DNA from: an uncultured Anaerolineae bacterium
GTDB lineage: Bacteria > Chloroflexota > Anaerolineae > CAYNKW01
Assembly (NCBI GenBank): GCA_964397845.1
Contig: CAYNKW010000001.1
Location: forward strand, 1 to 56,932
Length of the DNA: 56,932 bases
Direction of reading: 5' to 3'
Part shown: positions 1 to 8,681 of the stretch, piece after piece
Position numbering within the stretch: position 1 is the stretch's first letter
How the letters are laid out: each line of letters begins with the position of its first letter
Made by a program: the position numbers and the translations under genes
The notes under the pieces: model-generated
Database searches by the model: none
What the model was told of the DNA's origin: nothing
What the model saw: only the letters and a program-made list of their open reading frames with translations

Positions 1-715
1 TCAGGGCACAGCGGCGAGAGCGCTCCCCACCTTGAATTTAACATTGTCAAACTAATCTGGCAGTGATGCGGTATTTGCCATGGCCAACTCTCTGGCCGAT
101 CAGATTCGGCATTTCATCTCTCCCTCATAGCGCTGACACGAGCGGTATCGGGTTCAACAGGAGTTTGCCGCAGTGAGCCACCTTCGGTTGAGTAGGTACA
201 GCCAGATAGTCATCAAATCATGTGCTTAAACCGTCTGTTCTACAGCTACCAACGAGATTTTGCGCTCAGTGGGCCACACCGTGGCAGTGGGACTCTCCAA
301 ATTCGGCCTGATTGGGCCTCCGGTGTATAGAACGACTGTGTGACCAAGAAATCTTGGGGCTATGTCGATACAGCAAAACTGACCAGAGTGACAGATTATT
401 CTCGGTCAAAAGAGCAAAGCCAACACCCCATCGTCTGACCAGATGCGGTTGCAACATGCAAGAGGTCATGTTGTTATAGCCTACTGTGGATTCCCACCCC
501 CACAGAGGATACACGCGTGGCAACTGTCAGCTTGTCTTTGTCAAACCAGGTGACAGAGGCAACTATACAGAGATGTAGAAAAGAAGTCCCATTTGAGACT
601 GCAAGTGTGGTCAGTATCAGGATGGTACTTCAGTATTATCTTGCCCGATTTCCGCTAAAATGTCAAGTACTTCTTTTGACTCAATTCAGGGCGATTGCAT
701 TTATCTCCCTCGCTC

Positions 716-798
716 GGCCTGGATCGCCAGATCCAGGCCCTTGGGAAGGCCAGCCTCCGGATCTGGCGACACCTGTGCTTGTGCACAGGCACAAGTGT
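716..798 (+). other. Cluster of strong RNA/DNA hairpins in a non-coding region. It includes two mutually exclusive 10-bp stems and a 30-nt imperfect palindrome.
   Basis: GGCCTGGATC(716-725)/GATCCAGGCC(730-739) form a perfect stem with a GCCA loop. CGCCAGATCC(725-734) can instead pair perfectly with GGATCTGGCG(759-768). 769-798 (ACACCTGTGCTTGTGCACAGGCACAAGTGT) is a near-palindrome. No credible ORF covers the region. Confidence 0.5.
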
Positions 799-913
799 CC
801 GGAGGGAGCGTGGGAAACCGAGAAGCCTTCCAAGATCGACCCGATATTCCAAATGCAATTGCCCTATGGCTCAATTTGGTCAGCAGGGGGGCATCTAGCG
901 AGGATTAGAGTGT

Positions 914-973
914 CTTTGGCGAGCGTTACACGGTTGGGACATGGAGTTAGGGAATGCGTAACGCTCGCCAAAG
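914..973. repeat. Perfect 16-bp inverted repeat (stem-loop with a 28-nt loop)
   Basis: CTTTGGCGAGCGTTAC (914-929) is the exact reverse complement of GTAACGCTCGCCAAAG (958-973). No U-tract follows on either strand, so it is not called a terminator. Confidence 0.6.
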
Positions 974-978
974 CAAGG

Positions 979-1007
979 TTGTCTCTCTTGCACTTTTGCG
1001 GTATAAT
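979..1007 (+). promoter_or_regulatory. Sigma-70-like promoter candidate for the small membrane-protein gene
   Basis: TTGTCT (979-984), 17-nt spacer, consensus TATAAT (1002-1007). It lies about 40 nt upstream of the ATG at 1048, which has GAGG 4 nt upstream. Confidence 0.35.
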
Positions 1008-1047
1008 TACCCCTACAGATTGTCTAGAAAAAAGCAATGAGGTACGA

Positions 1048-1395
1048 ATGAGCGGACGAGGTGGGAACATCCTGGCAGCGCTGGTAGCCCTGCTGGGATG
1101 GGGGGGGCTGGTTTACCTGGTGGATCGTACTTCGCCCCAATCCTACACATGGCTGCTATTTCTCACCCTTCTGCTGGTAACCCTGATGACCACTGCCTAT
1201 CTTCCTTTCCAATACCTACATCATCGTGTTGCCAAGCCCGTCCCTGCTCGCGCTCTCCGGCAAAGCTTCTGGCTGGCTCTCTTTGTCGTGTCGTGTGCCT
1301 GGCTGCAGATGCGCCGTGTCTTGGACTGGGCAGTGGCCCTGTTGTTAGCAACAGTGTTTGGCCTGATCGAGGGCTATCTTTTGAGCCGAGAGTGA
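1048..1395 (+). CDS. Small integral membrane protein (about 115 aa, about 3 TM helices), function unknown
   Basis: Internal ATG of ORF 517..1395. Only the part from MSGRGGNILAALVALLGWGGLVYLV onward looks protein-like (hydrophobic helices). GAGG Shine-Dalgarno and a promoter candidate lie just upstream. The upstream 177 codons look like random read-through. Confidence 0.45.
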   Translation: MSGRGGNILAALVALLGWGGLVYLVDRTSPQSYTWLLFLTLLLVTLMTTAYLPFQYLHHRVAKPVPARALRQSFWLALFVVSCAWLQMRRVLDWAVALLLATVFGLIEGYLLSRE

Positions 1396-1481
1396 TATGT
1401 CCCGTTTTATCATCACGAGCCCAAGGCAGCCACATCCGGGCAGGCGACGACACCTAGTCCCTTGGATAGGAGACGCAAGAG

Positions 1482-2966
1482 GTGGGGTCGTATATCCTGG
1501 TGATCGTAGGTGTTCTTGGGTTGATAGCATTGGTGTTAATGTTCTTGCCTCGGCTTCGCCCTAAACGTTCATTTAAAACTGATCTGGCTCGGCCGCTGAT
1601 CCACGTGTCACCTTCCACGTGGCAAGAGATGTCGCAGAGCCTGTCGAGAGAGATGTGGTGGCCGCGAATGGCGATTGGTCGTCGGCACTTGTTGGCCCGG
1701 GATGCATGCTTTTTGCATCACGTCGCCCAGTTTATCAACAAAGCCTGTTCGCTGGATAGCACGTTAAAGTGGGTGGTAAGGGCACTGATGGAACACCTGG
1801 CGGTGGACATGGGGCGGATCTTTTTGCTGGACGACGATGAACTGCTGCAGTTGGCAGTCTCTGTTGGCTCATCCGTGCCGCAAAGACCCTTGCCCAACTG
1901 GGAGTTTACCTTACCTGACCTTGTGTTGGCTGCCGACAAGCCCCTGCTCACGCCAGACCTGCGCCAGTGGCCTCAGTTGCGAGCTTTCATCTCGGCCCCA
2001 GAGCTGACTTCGACGTTGTGGCTGCCTCTCAAAACGGGTGGGCGGTCCGTGGGTGCACTGGGGTTGGGGAGCCGCCGTCCGGGCGCTTTTGATGAACTTA
2101 CCGTAACCATGGTGGAGATGGTGGCTTCTTATCTGGCCACAGCCGTAGAAAACTTTCGCTTGCGACGGCAGGTGATTCAGGAAAGAGAACTGCGTCAGAC
2201 CCTCCAGCAGTATGTCTCCCCCCGTCTAGTGACGACCTTCCAGCAAGGTTCGGTCTCCCAACCTCAGGAGATCACAGATGCCAGCGGGCGGATATCGGTC
2301 CTGTTTGCCGATGTGCGCAATTTTACGCCCTTGATGGAGAAGGCGGATCCCGACGCAGTGATGCTGGTGTTGAACGAGTATTTCCTCCGCATGAGCCAGA
2401 TCATCCAGGTTAACGGCGGCGTGGTAGACGAGTTCACCGGCGATGAGATCGTGGCCAGCTTCGACCGCGCCTCGCCGCGCGTCAACGACGCTTACCGCGC
2501 TGTGTGTGCCGGGTTGGAGATGTTGGATGGATTGAAGGTACTTCAAAAGCGGTGGCAAAGGCGGGGACTGCCCACCTTTGACATCGGCATCGGCATCAGC
2601 ACCGGTGCCCTCACGCGGGGGAGCATTGGCTCCAAGGAGCGAAAGGCACTCATCGCTCTGGGCAGCATCCTGAACATCGCTTCGCGCGCCGAGGCGATGA
2701 ACAAGAAGCTCGGCACGCACCTGATCATAACGCAGAGCACCTTCGAGCAGGTGGCCGATCTCATCGAGTACGATGCCCTGGGGGCGCACGAACTCCAGGG
2801 CATCAGCGAGCCGGTCCCGCTCTACAGCGCGCAGGGCCTTAAAAACAACCACCTGCCAGAGATTAAGGCATCTTATGACACAGACAGAATTACGCAAGTT
2901 ACCCAGCGTAGACAAACTCTTGCGGAGCGAAACGTCTCAGGCGTTGGTAGGGGCGTACTCTCATGA
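1482..2966 (+). CDS. Membrane-anchored GAF-domain class III adenylate/guanylate cyclase
   Basis: GTG start with an N-terminal TM helix (ILVIVGVLGLIALVLMFL). GAF-like segment (LWLPLKTGGRSVGALGLGS). Class III cyclase motifs VLFADVRNFT and FTGDEIVASF, plus GIGISTG. Confidence 0.85.
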   Translation: MGSYILVIVGVLGLIALVLMFLPRLRPKRSFKTDLARPLIHVSPSTWQEMSQSLSREMWWPRMAIGRRHLLARDACFLHHVAQFINKACSLDSTLKWVVRALMEHLAVDMGRIFLLDDDELLQLAVSVGSSVPQRPLPNWEFTLPDLVLAADKPLLTPDLRQWPQLRAFISAPELTSTLWLPLKTGGRSVGALGLGSRRPGAFDELTVTMVEMVASYLATAVENFRLRRQVIQERELRQTLQQYVSPRLVTTFQQGSVSQPQEITDASGRISVLFADVRNFTPLMEKADPDAVMLVLNEYFLRMSQIIQVNGGVVDEFTGDEIVASFDRASPRVNDAYRAVCAGLEMLDGLKVLQKRWQRRGLPTFDIGIGISTGALTRGSIGSKERKALIALGSILNIASRAEAMNKKLGTHLIITQSTFEQVADLIEYDALGAHELQGISEPVPLYSAQGLKNNHLPEIKASYDTDRITQVTQRRQTLAERNVSGVGRGVLS

Positions 2967-4254
2967 TCTGACCATCGCAGCGCTGCGCCAGGCCCTGGAT
3001 GCGGCCCGGCAGGCCATCTTTGCTGGGGAGTCGGCAGCTTCTCACGACGAACTGGTGTCACAGGCGGCAAAAATTCTGGACGGGCAACTCCGACTCACGC
3101 TTCGTCCGGTGATCAACGCAAGCGGCGTTATCATTCATACCAACCTGGGGCGGGCACTTCTCAGTCCGGCGGCCCGCGCAGCCATGGATCAGGTGGCGCG
3201 CAGCTACAGCAACCTGGAATACGACCTGGAGGCCGGGCAACGCGGCTCCCGCTACGTCCACGCCGAGGAACTTCTCTGCCGTCTTACCGCTGCCGAAGCA
3301 GCGCTGGTTGTGAACAACAACGCTGGCGCCGTGCTACTTACCCTCAGCGCCCTGACCCGTGGCCGGGAAGTGATCATCTCTCGCGGGCAGTTGGTAGAGA
3401 TCGGCGGCGGCTTTCGCATCCCCGACGTGATGAAGCAGAGCGGCGCGATCCTGGTCGAAGTGGGCACTACCAATCGCACGCACCTGCGCGACTACGAGGC
3501 GGCCATCACGGACCGGACGGCCATGTTGCTGCGGGCGCATCGTTCCAACTTTCGGATGACCGGCTTTGTCACCGATCCGACCCTGGCCGAGATGGCCGGC
3601 CTGGCTCACAGCCGGGGCCTGTTGGTTGGGAACGATCTGGGCAGCGGCACGCTGTTGGATACAGCCGACTATGGCTTTTCCCACGAGCCGACTATCCAGG
3701 AGAGCCTGACTGCCATGGCCGACATCGTCTCTTGCAGTGGTGACAAGCTGTTGGGCGGCCCCCAGGCGGGGATCATCCTGGGACGAGCCGATCTCATCGC
3801 CCAGTTGCGCCGCTTTCCCCTCACCCGCGCGTTGCGAGTGGACAAGACGACGCTGGCCGGACTTCAGGCTACGTTGCTACATTACGTCAAGGGCGAAGCC
3901 ATCAGAGAGGTGCCGGTGTGGCGCATGATCGCCACGCCGCGGGAGGCGTTGGCCGCCCGCGCCGAAGCCTGGGCCGGACGACTGGCGGCCGCCGGGCTGC
4001 AGCCCAAAGTCATAAACGGTCGTTCGACAGTGGGCGGCGGCTCTCTGCCGGGTGAGACCCTACCTACCCGCCTGGTGGCCTTGCAGGAGCCGTCACCGGA
4101 GCGGTTGGCCAGCTCCCTTCGCCACGCCGATCCACCGGTCATCACTCGCATTGAGGATGAGCGACTGGTCCTCGACCCGCGTACGGTGCAGCCAGAGGAG
4201 GAAGACACGCTGTTGGAGATCGTCATTGCCGCCGCTCAGGAGAGAGAGGGCTGA
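2875..4254 (+). CDS. selA: L-seryl-tRNA(Sec) selenium transferase
   Basis: Canonical N-terminus MTQTELRKLPSVDKLLR at the internal ATG 2875. PLP-lysine motif SGDKLLGGPQAGII. Length is about 459 aa. The first 34 codons of ORF 2773 are rejected as an extension. Confidence 0.92.
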   Translation: MTQTELRKLPSVDKLLRSETSQALVGAYSHDLTIAALRQALDAARQAIFAGESAASHDELVSQAAKILDGQLRLTLRPVINASGVIIHTNLGRALLSPAARAAMDQVARSYSNLEYDLEAGQRGSRYVHAEELLCRLTAAEAALVVNNNAGAVLLTLSALTRGREVIISRGQLVEIGGGFRIPDVMKQSGAILVEVGTTNRTHLRDYEAAITDRTAMLLRAHRSNFRMTGFVTDPTLAEMAGLAHSRGLLVGNDLGSGTLLDTADYGFSHEPTIQESLTAMADIVSCSGDKLLGGPQAGIILGRADLIAQLRRFPLTRALRVDKTTLAGLQATLLHYVKGEAIREVPVWRMIATPREALAARAEAWAGRLAAAGLQPKVINGRSTVGGGSLPGETLPTRLVALQEPSPERLASSLRHADPPVITRIEDERLVLDPRTVQPEEEDTLLEIVIAAAQEREG

Positions 4255-5321
4255 TGGCTACCTATATCCTGGGCATCGAAACCTCTTGCGACGAGACGGC
4301 CGCGGCGGTGATCAGAGATGGCTACCAGAGCCGTTCCAACGTCGTCGCCACGCAGATAGACCTCCACGCGCAATATGGCGGTGTCTTCCCAGAGATGGCT
4401 TCGCGGCAGCACATTCTCTCCATCACGCCGGTGATCCGGCAGGCCATGGCCGAGGCAAAGGTGACCTGGGACGACCTGGACGCCGTAGCCGTAGTCTACG
4501 GACCTGGCCTGCCGGGGTCGCTGGTGGTGGGCGTGAACGCGGCCAAAGGGCTGGCGCTGGGGCGCGGCCTGTTGCTCATCGGCATCAACCACATTGAAGC
4601 CCACATTCTCACCAACTGGCTGGTTGTGAACGGCGAACCGCCGCCCATCGAGTTCCCCCTGGCCTGCCTCGTCGTCTCTGGCGGCCACACCGAACTGGTG
4701 CTGATGCGCGATTTTGGCCAGTATGAGCGCCTGGGCAGCACGGTAGACGACGCGGCGGGTGAAGCCTTCGACAAGGTGGGGCGACTGTTGGGCTTGCCCT
4801 ACCCCGGCGGGCCGGCCATTGAGCAAGCAGCTCGCGAGGGCAACCCGGCGGCTTTCTCGCTGCCTCGCGCCTGGCTGAAAGGCACCTACAATTTCAGCTT
4901 CTCTGGTCTCAAGACAGCAGTGCTGCGCGTCGTGCAGAAATACGAAGCACAACCACCCAGGCCACGCCCCGGGGGGACGCGGCGTAAACTTTCGCTGCCG
5001 GCGGCGCTGGTGAGACCGCTGCCGGTGGCTAACCTGGCAGCCAGTTTCCAGGCAGCGGTGGTGGACGTGCTGGCCGAAAAGACCCGCCAGGTGGCCAGCG
5101 AATTTGGGGCACGTTGTGTGCTGCTGGCCGGCGGCGTGGCAGCTAACCAGGCCCTTCGTCGCAGCGTGCGCGAACGAGTGCACGTGCCGGTATATTATCC
5201 GCCACCTGCCCTCTGCACCGACAATGCCACCGGCGTCGGCGTAGCTGGCTACCACGCTCTGCGAGCAGGCCAGGTGAGCGATTGGGATCTGGACGTGGTG
5301 CCGGGGTTGCGGTTGGCGTAG
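4254..5321 (+). CDS. tsaD: tRNA N6-adenosine threonylcarbamoyltransferase TsaD (Kae1/Gcp family)
   Basis: ILGIETSCDETAAAV N-terminus, INHIEAH, SGGHTEL, FSFSGLKT, LAGGVAAN, CTDNA motifs. The ATG overlaps the selA TGA by 1 nt (cTGATGg). Confidence 0.95.
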   Translation: MATYILGIETSCDETAAAVIRDGYQSRSNVVATQIDLHAQYGGVFPEMASRQHILSITPVIRQAMAEAKVTWDDLDAVAVVYGPGLPGSLVVGVNAAKGLALGRGLLLIGINHIEAHILTNWLVVNGEPPPIEFPLACLVVSGGHTELVLMRDFGQYERLGSTVDDAAGEAFDKVGRLLGLPYPGGPAIEQAAREGNPAAFSLPRAWLKGTYNFSFSGLKTAVLRVVQKYEAQPPRPRPGGTRRKLSLPAALVRPLPVANLAASFQAAVVDVLAEKTRQVASEFGARCVLLAGGVAANQALRRSVRERVHVPVYYPPPALCTDNATGVGVAGYHALRAGQVSDWDLDVVPGLRLA

Positions 5322-5403
5322 TCTATCCCTCGACAGGGCTTCGATGGTGAGCTCAGCCATCGCTTTCGAAGAACTGAATGACTCCAAAAAAGCGGGAAGT
5401 GGT

Positions 5404-6642
5404 ATGGTAGAACGGATCGTTGTCACCGGTATGGGAGCTGTCACGCCATTGGGCTTGGACATGCCGTCTACGTGGGCGGCCATGCTGGCCGGCGAATCGG
5501 GTGCTGGTTCTATCACCTTGTTCGATGCCAGCCCTTTTCGGGTGCAGTTCGCCGCCGAGATCAAAGGCTTCGAGCCGACGAATTACATGGATCGCAAGAC
5601 AGCTCGCCGCAGCGACCGGGTAGTGCAGATCGCGTTGGCTGCGGCGGGGGAGGCGTTGCGCCAGGCCGGCCTGGAGATCACGGACGAGATGGCCGACGAT
5701 GTGGGCATCATCGTCGGCACCGGTATCGGCGGAGAAAAGACGCGCTATGACCAGATACAGATCCTTTTCGAGGAGGGTCCCAGTCGTGTCAGTCCCTTTA
5801 CCCTGGCACGCATCCTGCCTGACATGCCAGCCGGCCAGCTCGCCATCAGCTATGGCGCACGAGGGCCGAATCACTGCGTCTCGTCCGCCTGTGCCACCGG
5901 CGCCGACGCGATAGGCGATGCTTTTGAGATCATCCGGCGGGGCGACGCAGCGGCTGTCATCACTGGCGGCACCGAATCGTGCATGGTGCCTTCGGCCCTG
6001 GTCGCTTTTGACCGGTCTGGTGTTCTGGCTCACTGCGATGGCGACCCCCGTGTGGCGTGCCGCCCCTTCGACGCCACGCGCGACGGCCTGCTCATGGCCG
6101 AGGGTGCGGTTATCCTCATCCTGGAGGGCCTGAGCTTTGCCCGGCGGCGGGGAGCCAGGCCGCTGGCCGAGGTGATGGGCTACGGCGCGACGGCTGACGC
6201 TTTCCACATCGCGGCACCCTGCGAGGAAGGGGCTGGCGCGGCCAAAGCGATCCAGCGCGCGCTGCGTAAGGCAGGCCTGGAGTCGAAGGACATAGACTAC
6301 ATCCATGCCCACGGCACCGGCACGCGCCTGAATGACCGCCTGGAGACACTGGCCATCAAGCGTGCCTTTGGCGAACGGGCCTATCAGGTGCCTATCAGCA
6401 GCACTAAATCTATGACCGGCCACATGATGGGTGCCGCTGGGGCCATGGGTGCAGCCGTGGCCGTGATGTCCATCTTGGAGAACAAGGTGCCACCCACCAT
6501 CAACTTGCACACCCCAGACCCCGAATGTGACCTGGATTACGTGCCTAACCAGGCACGCGACGTGCCGGTGCGGACGGCGATGGTCAATGCCTTTGGTTTT
6601 GGGGGGCACAATGCTGTGCTGGTATTCCGGGAGAGGCGTTAG
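5404..6642 (+). CDS. fabF: Beta-ketoacyl-ACP synthase II
   Basis: RIVVTGMGAVTPLG, active-site SSACATG, HAHGTGT, NAFGFGGHNAVLVF. The start is placed at ATG 5404 (MVERIVVTG); the ORF opens at 5344. Confidence 0.92.
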   Translation: MVERIVVTGMGAVTPLGLDMPSTWAAMLAGESGAGSITLFDASPFRVQFAAEIKGFEPTNYMDRKTARRSDRVVQIALAAAGEALRQAGLEITDEMADDVGIIVGTGIGGEKTRYDQIQILFEEGPSRVSPFTLARILPDMPAGQLAISYGARGPNHCVSSACATGADAIGDAFEIIRRGDAAAVITGGTESCMVPSALVAFDRSGVLAHCDGDPRVACRPFDATRDGLLMAEGAVILILEGLSFARRRGARPLAEVMGYGATADAFHIAAPCEEGAGAAKAIQRALRKAGLESKDIDYIHAHGTGTRLNDRLETLAIKRAFGERAYQVPISSTKSMTGHMMGAAGAMGAAVAVMSILENKVPPTINLHTPDPECDLDYVPNQARDVPVRTAMVNAFGFGGHNAVLVFRERR

Positions 6643-6757
6643 TCAGAAGAAGGAACAGGAGGAATGGGCTTGACGAGGGTGAAGGGCCTGGAGAGAACGT
6701 CGAGTGAATTGCTTCTCCCCAGCCCCGTCGGCCTCTGGAGGCCCCAAAAATCAGAAC

Positions 6758-7489
6758 ATGCTCAACCTGTCAGCTCGCGAAAAGATCCTGGGCCTCAGTT
6801 TTGAGGACAAGACGCTACTGTTGCGGGCGCTGACCCACCGGTCTTACCTCAACGAGAACCCTGATTTTATCCTGGGGGACAACGAGCGCCTAGAGTTCCT
6901 GGGCGATGCGGTGCTGGACTTTCTCACCGCCGAATACCTGTACCATCGCCTTCCGGAGATGCGCGAAGGGGAACTGACCAGCCTCCGGGCAGCGCTGGTT
7001 CGCACCGAGTCACTGGCCCACCTGGCACTCAAGATTGACCTGGGACGCTGCCTTCACCTGGGTCACGGCGAGGAGGCAGGGGGCGGGCGACGACGCCGGG
7101 CTGTGCTTTGCGGCGCTTTTGAGGCGTTGATCGGCGCGCTGTACCTGGATCAGGGACTGCCCGCTGTGGAGGCCTTTGTCAAACCGCTCTTTGACCCAGA
7201 AGTCGAGCGCATCCTGGCCAAAGACCTGGACAAGAACCCCAAGAGCCTGCTGCAAGAACTGAGCCAGGCCGAATTGGAGATCACACCCCACTACCGTACT
7301 GTCAGCGAGTCTGGCCCGGACCATGCCAAGGAGTTCAACGTCGAGGCGATGATAGGAGAACAGGCGTATGGCCATGGGGTAGGTCACAGCAAGCAGGCTG
7401 CAGCCCGCGCCGCTGCCCGGAGCGCGCTGACTCAACTGCGCCGGGAGTTGAGCGAACAGTTGGCGGCCAGCAATGATTCTAAAACATGA
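6758..7489 (+). CDS. rnc: Ribonuclease III
   Basis: LLRALTHRSY and the signature ERLEFLGDAVL. The C-terminal dsRBD has HAKEF...GHSKQAAARAAA. ATG 6758 is preferred over the GTG at 6704. Confidence 0.92.
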   Translation: MLNLSAREKILGLSFEDKTLLLRALTHRSYLNENPDFILGDNERLEFLGDAVLDFLTAEYLYHRLPEMREGELTSLRAALVRTESLAHLALKIDLGRCLHLGHGEEAGGGRRRRAVLCGAFEALIGALYLDQGLPAVEAFVKPLFDPEVERILAKDLDKNPKSLLQELSQAELEITPHYRTVSESGPDHAKEFNVEAMIGEQAYGHGVGHSKQAAARAAARSALTQLRRELSEQLAASNDSKT

Positions 7490-7495
7490 AGCGTG

Positions 7496-7541
7496 AAACG
7501 TGGTGCGCAGTGGTTGTTCCGTTACGCACCACGTTTTACAT
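7496..7541. terminator. Bidirectional intrinsic terminator between convergent rnc and the URO-D-family gene
   Basis: 12-bp perfect stem AAACGTGGTGCG (7496-7507)/CGCACCACGTTT (7525-7536) with a 17-nt loop. A T-run follows on + (TTTTACATTTT) and an A-run precedes it (serving the - strand). It sits exactly between stop 7489 (+) and stop 7543 (-). Confidence 0.6.
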
Positions 7542-7542
7542 T

Positions 7543-8586
7543 TTACTCATCACGCACTGTCCTGCGCCCGTCGAAGGATTTCACGCCGGCAGAGCCCTCC
7601 ACGGCTCGCCGCGCGGCGGCGATGTTGCCCCAGGGCGTTACGATCATCGTCACACACCCCACGCCGAGGATAAATCGCTTCCCCTCCGTCTGCGCCATAG
7701 CATCGGTCACTTTGGCGCGCACGTCGTCGGGCGTACCCCGCATCATGGTCTCGATGCGCCCCAGTCCCCCCACCAGTACCTTATCGGTACGATCCATCGC
7801 CTCTTTCAGCGAAGGCGGCGTCTCCTGGTCGTGCCAGTTGATCGCCTGCACCGGATAGTCGGCCAGCAGGTCGAACATGATGTTCTGACCGTGGATGTGG
7901 AGCATGTTGAACCAGGTGCCGTCCAGGTGCTCCAGAATCCACCGGTCGTAGGGCACGCCGAACTCGCGGTACTCGGCCTCGCTCATCAGGGCATAGCGGG
8001 CGTGTTGCACGGCGTAAAAGATGCCGGCGATGCGGGTGCGTTTGGCCGCTTCCAGGAAAGCGATCGTAGTCTGGGTGATGGTTTCCAGGCCGGCCTTGAA
8101 AGCGTCGGCATCCTGGCGCATCAGGATCAACATCTGCTCGGCGCCAGCCAGGTTCTTGGCCTGCGCCAGTGGGCTAAAGATCGTCTGGACGAAAGGCACT
8201 ATGTCGGGCTGCTGGCACAATTCCTGCCCAATGATCTCCAGGCAGCGCAACTGGCGGCCCAGCGCGCCCTGGGTCGGGTCCAGCACCGGCAGCCTGCGCC
8301 AGTCCTCTGGCGAGGCGACAGGATAGTGATAGTATTCCCGCGTTCCCTCCAGGCTGCCCAGGTAACGATCTTGTACGCCCCAGTCCTCCACGCAAAAGCT
8401 GCTGGCCGGGGAGACTTTCATCAGGTCAAAATCGTAACGGCGCTGGAAGGCGATCTGGGCAGCGGCAAGGTCTTCGGCCCGCTGATCGTCGCCGGGAAAG
8501 TGTCGCCACAGGGCGATCGCCGGGCGGTCTACGGTCTGGCCAGCCATCGTGGCCAGCAGCCGGTCTCGTTTGGTTATAGAAGGCAT
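7543..8586 (-). CDS. Uroporphyrinogen decarboxylase (URO-D/MtaA-like) family protein
   Basis: 347 aa from the internal ATG (MPSITKRDRLLATMAGQTVDRPAIALWRHF...). The overall pattern resembles URO-D-family/methyltransferase proteins. The longer start at 8682 would run into the upstream promoter motif. Confidence 0.75.
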   Translation of the reverse strand: MPSITKRDRLLATMAGQTVDRPAIALWRHFPGDDQRAEDLAAAQIAFQRRYDFDLMKVSPASSFCVEDWGVQDRYLGSLEGTREYYHYPVASPEDWRRLPVLDPTQGALGRQLRCLEIIGQELCQQPDIVPFVQTIFSPLAQAKNLAGAEQMLILMRQDADAFKAGLETITQTTIAFLEAAKRTRIAGIFYAVQHARYALMSEAEYREFGVPYDRWILEHLDGTWFNMLHIHGQNIMFDLLADYPVQAINWHDQETPPSLKEAMDRTDKVLVGGLGRIETMMRGTPDDVRAKVTDAMAQTEGKRFILGVGCVTMIVTPWGNIAAARRAVEGSAGVKSFDGRRTVRDE

Positions 8587-8681
8587 TGGTCGCTCCTGCT
8601 TTCGGGTATGGTTCAAGACTGGATGTTGGGGGAGATTATAGCACAAAAGCCTGGTTGGCGCAGGTCTGACCGCCCAACACA

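Noticed and set aside
140-175. GGTTCAAC string that resembles a tRNA T-loop
   Set aside because: There are no flanking complementary T-stem arms and no acceptor or anticodon arms, so it is not a tRNA.
716-800. Possible TPP or cobalamin riboswitch (GATCTGGC / GCCAGCCTCC-like strings)
   Set aside because: I could not find the diagnostic CTGAGA (TPP) element or a proper B12 box, and the element lies upstream of the predicted promoter of the next gene. It is left as an unassigned structure.
517-1047. N-terminal 177 codons of ORF 517..1395
   Set aside because: The translation has no protein-like character and the segment overlaps a hairpin-rich region. A promoter and Shine-Dalgarno site sit just before the internal ATG at 1048, so only the membrane-protein part is kept.
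4236-6609. Long - strand ORFs 4236..5564 (442 aa) and 5353..6609 (418 aa)
   Set aside because: They are antisense to tsaD and fabF, both of which carry unambiguous family signatures. The - frames are Arg/Gly/His/Pro-rich and lack motifs.
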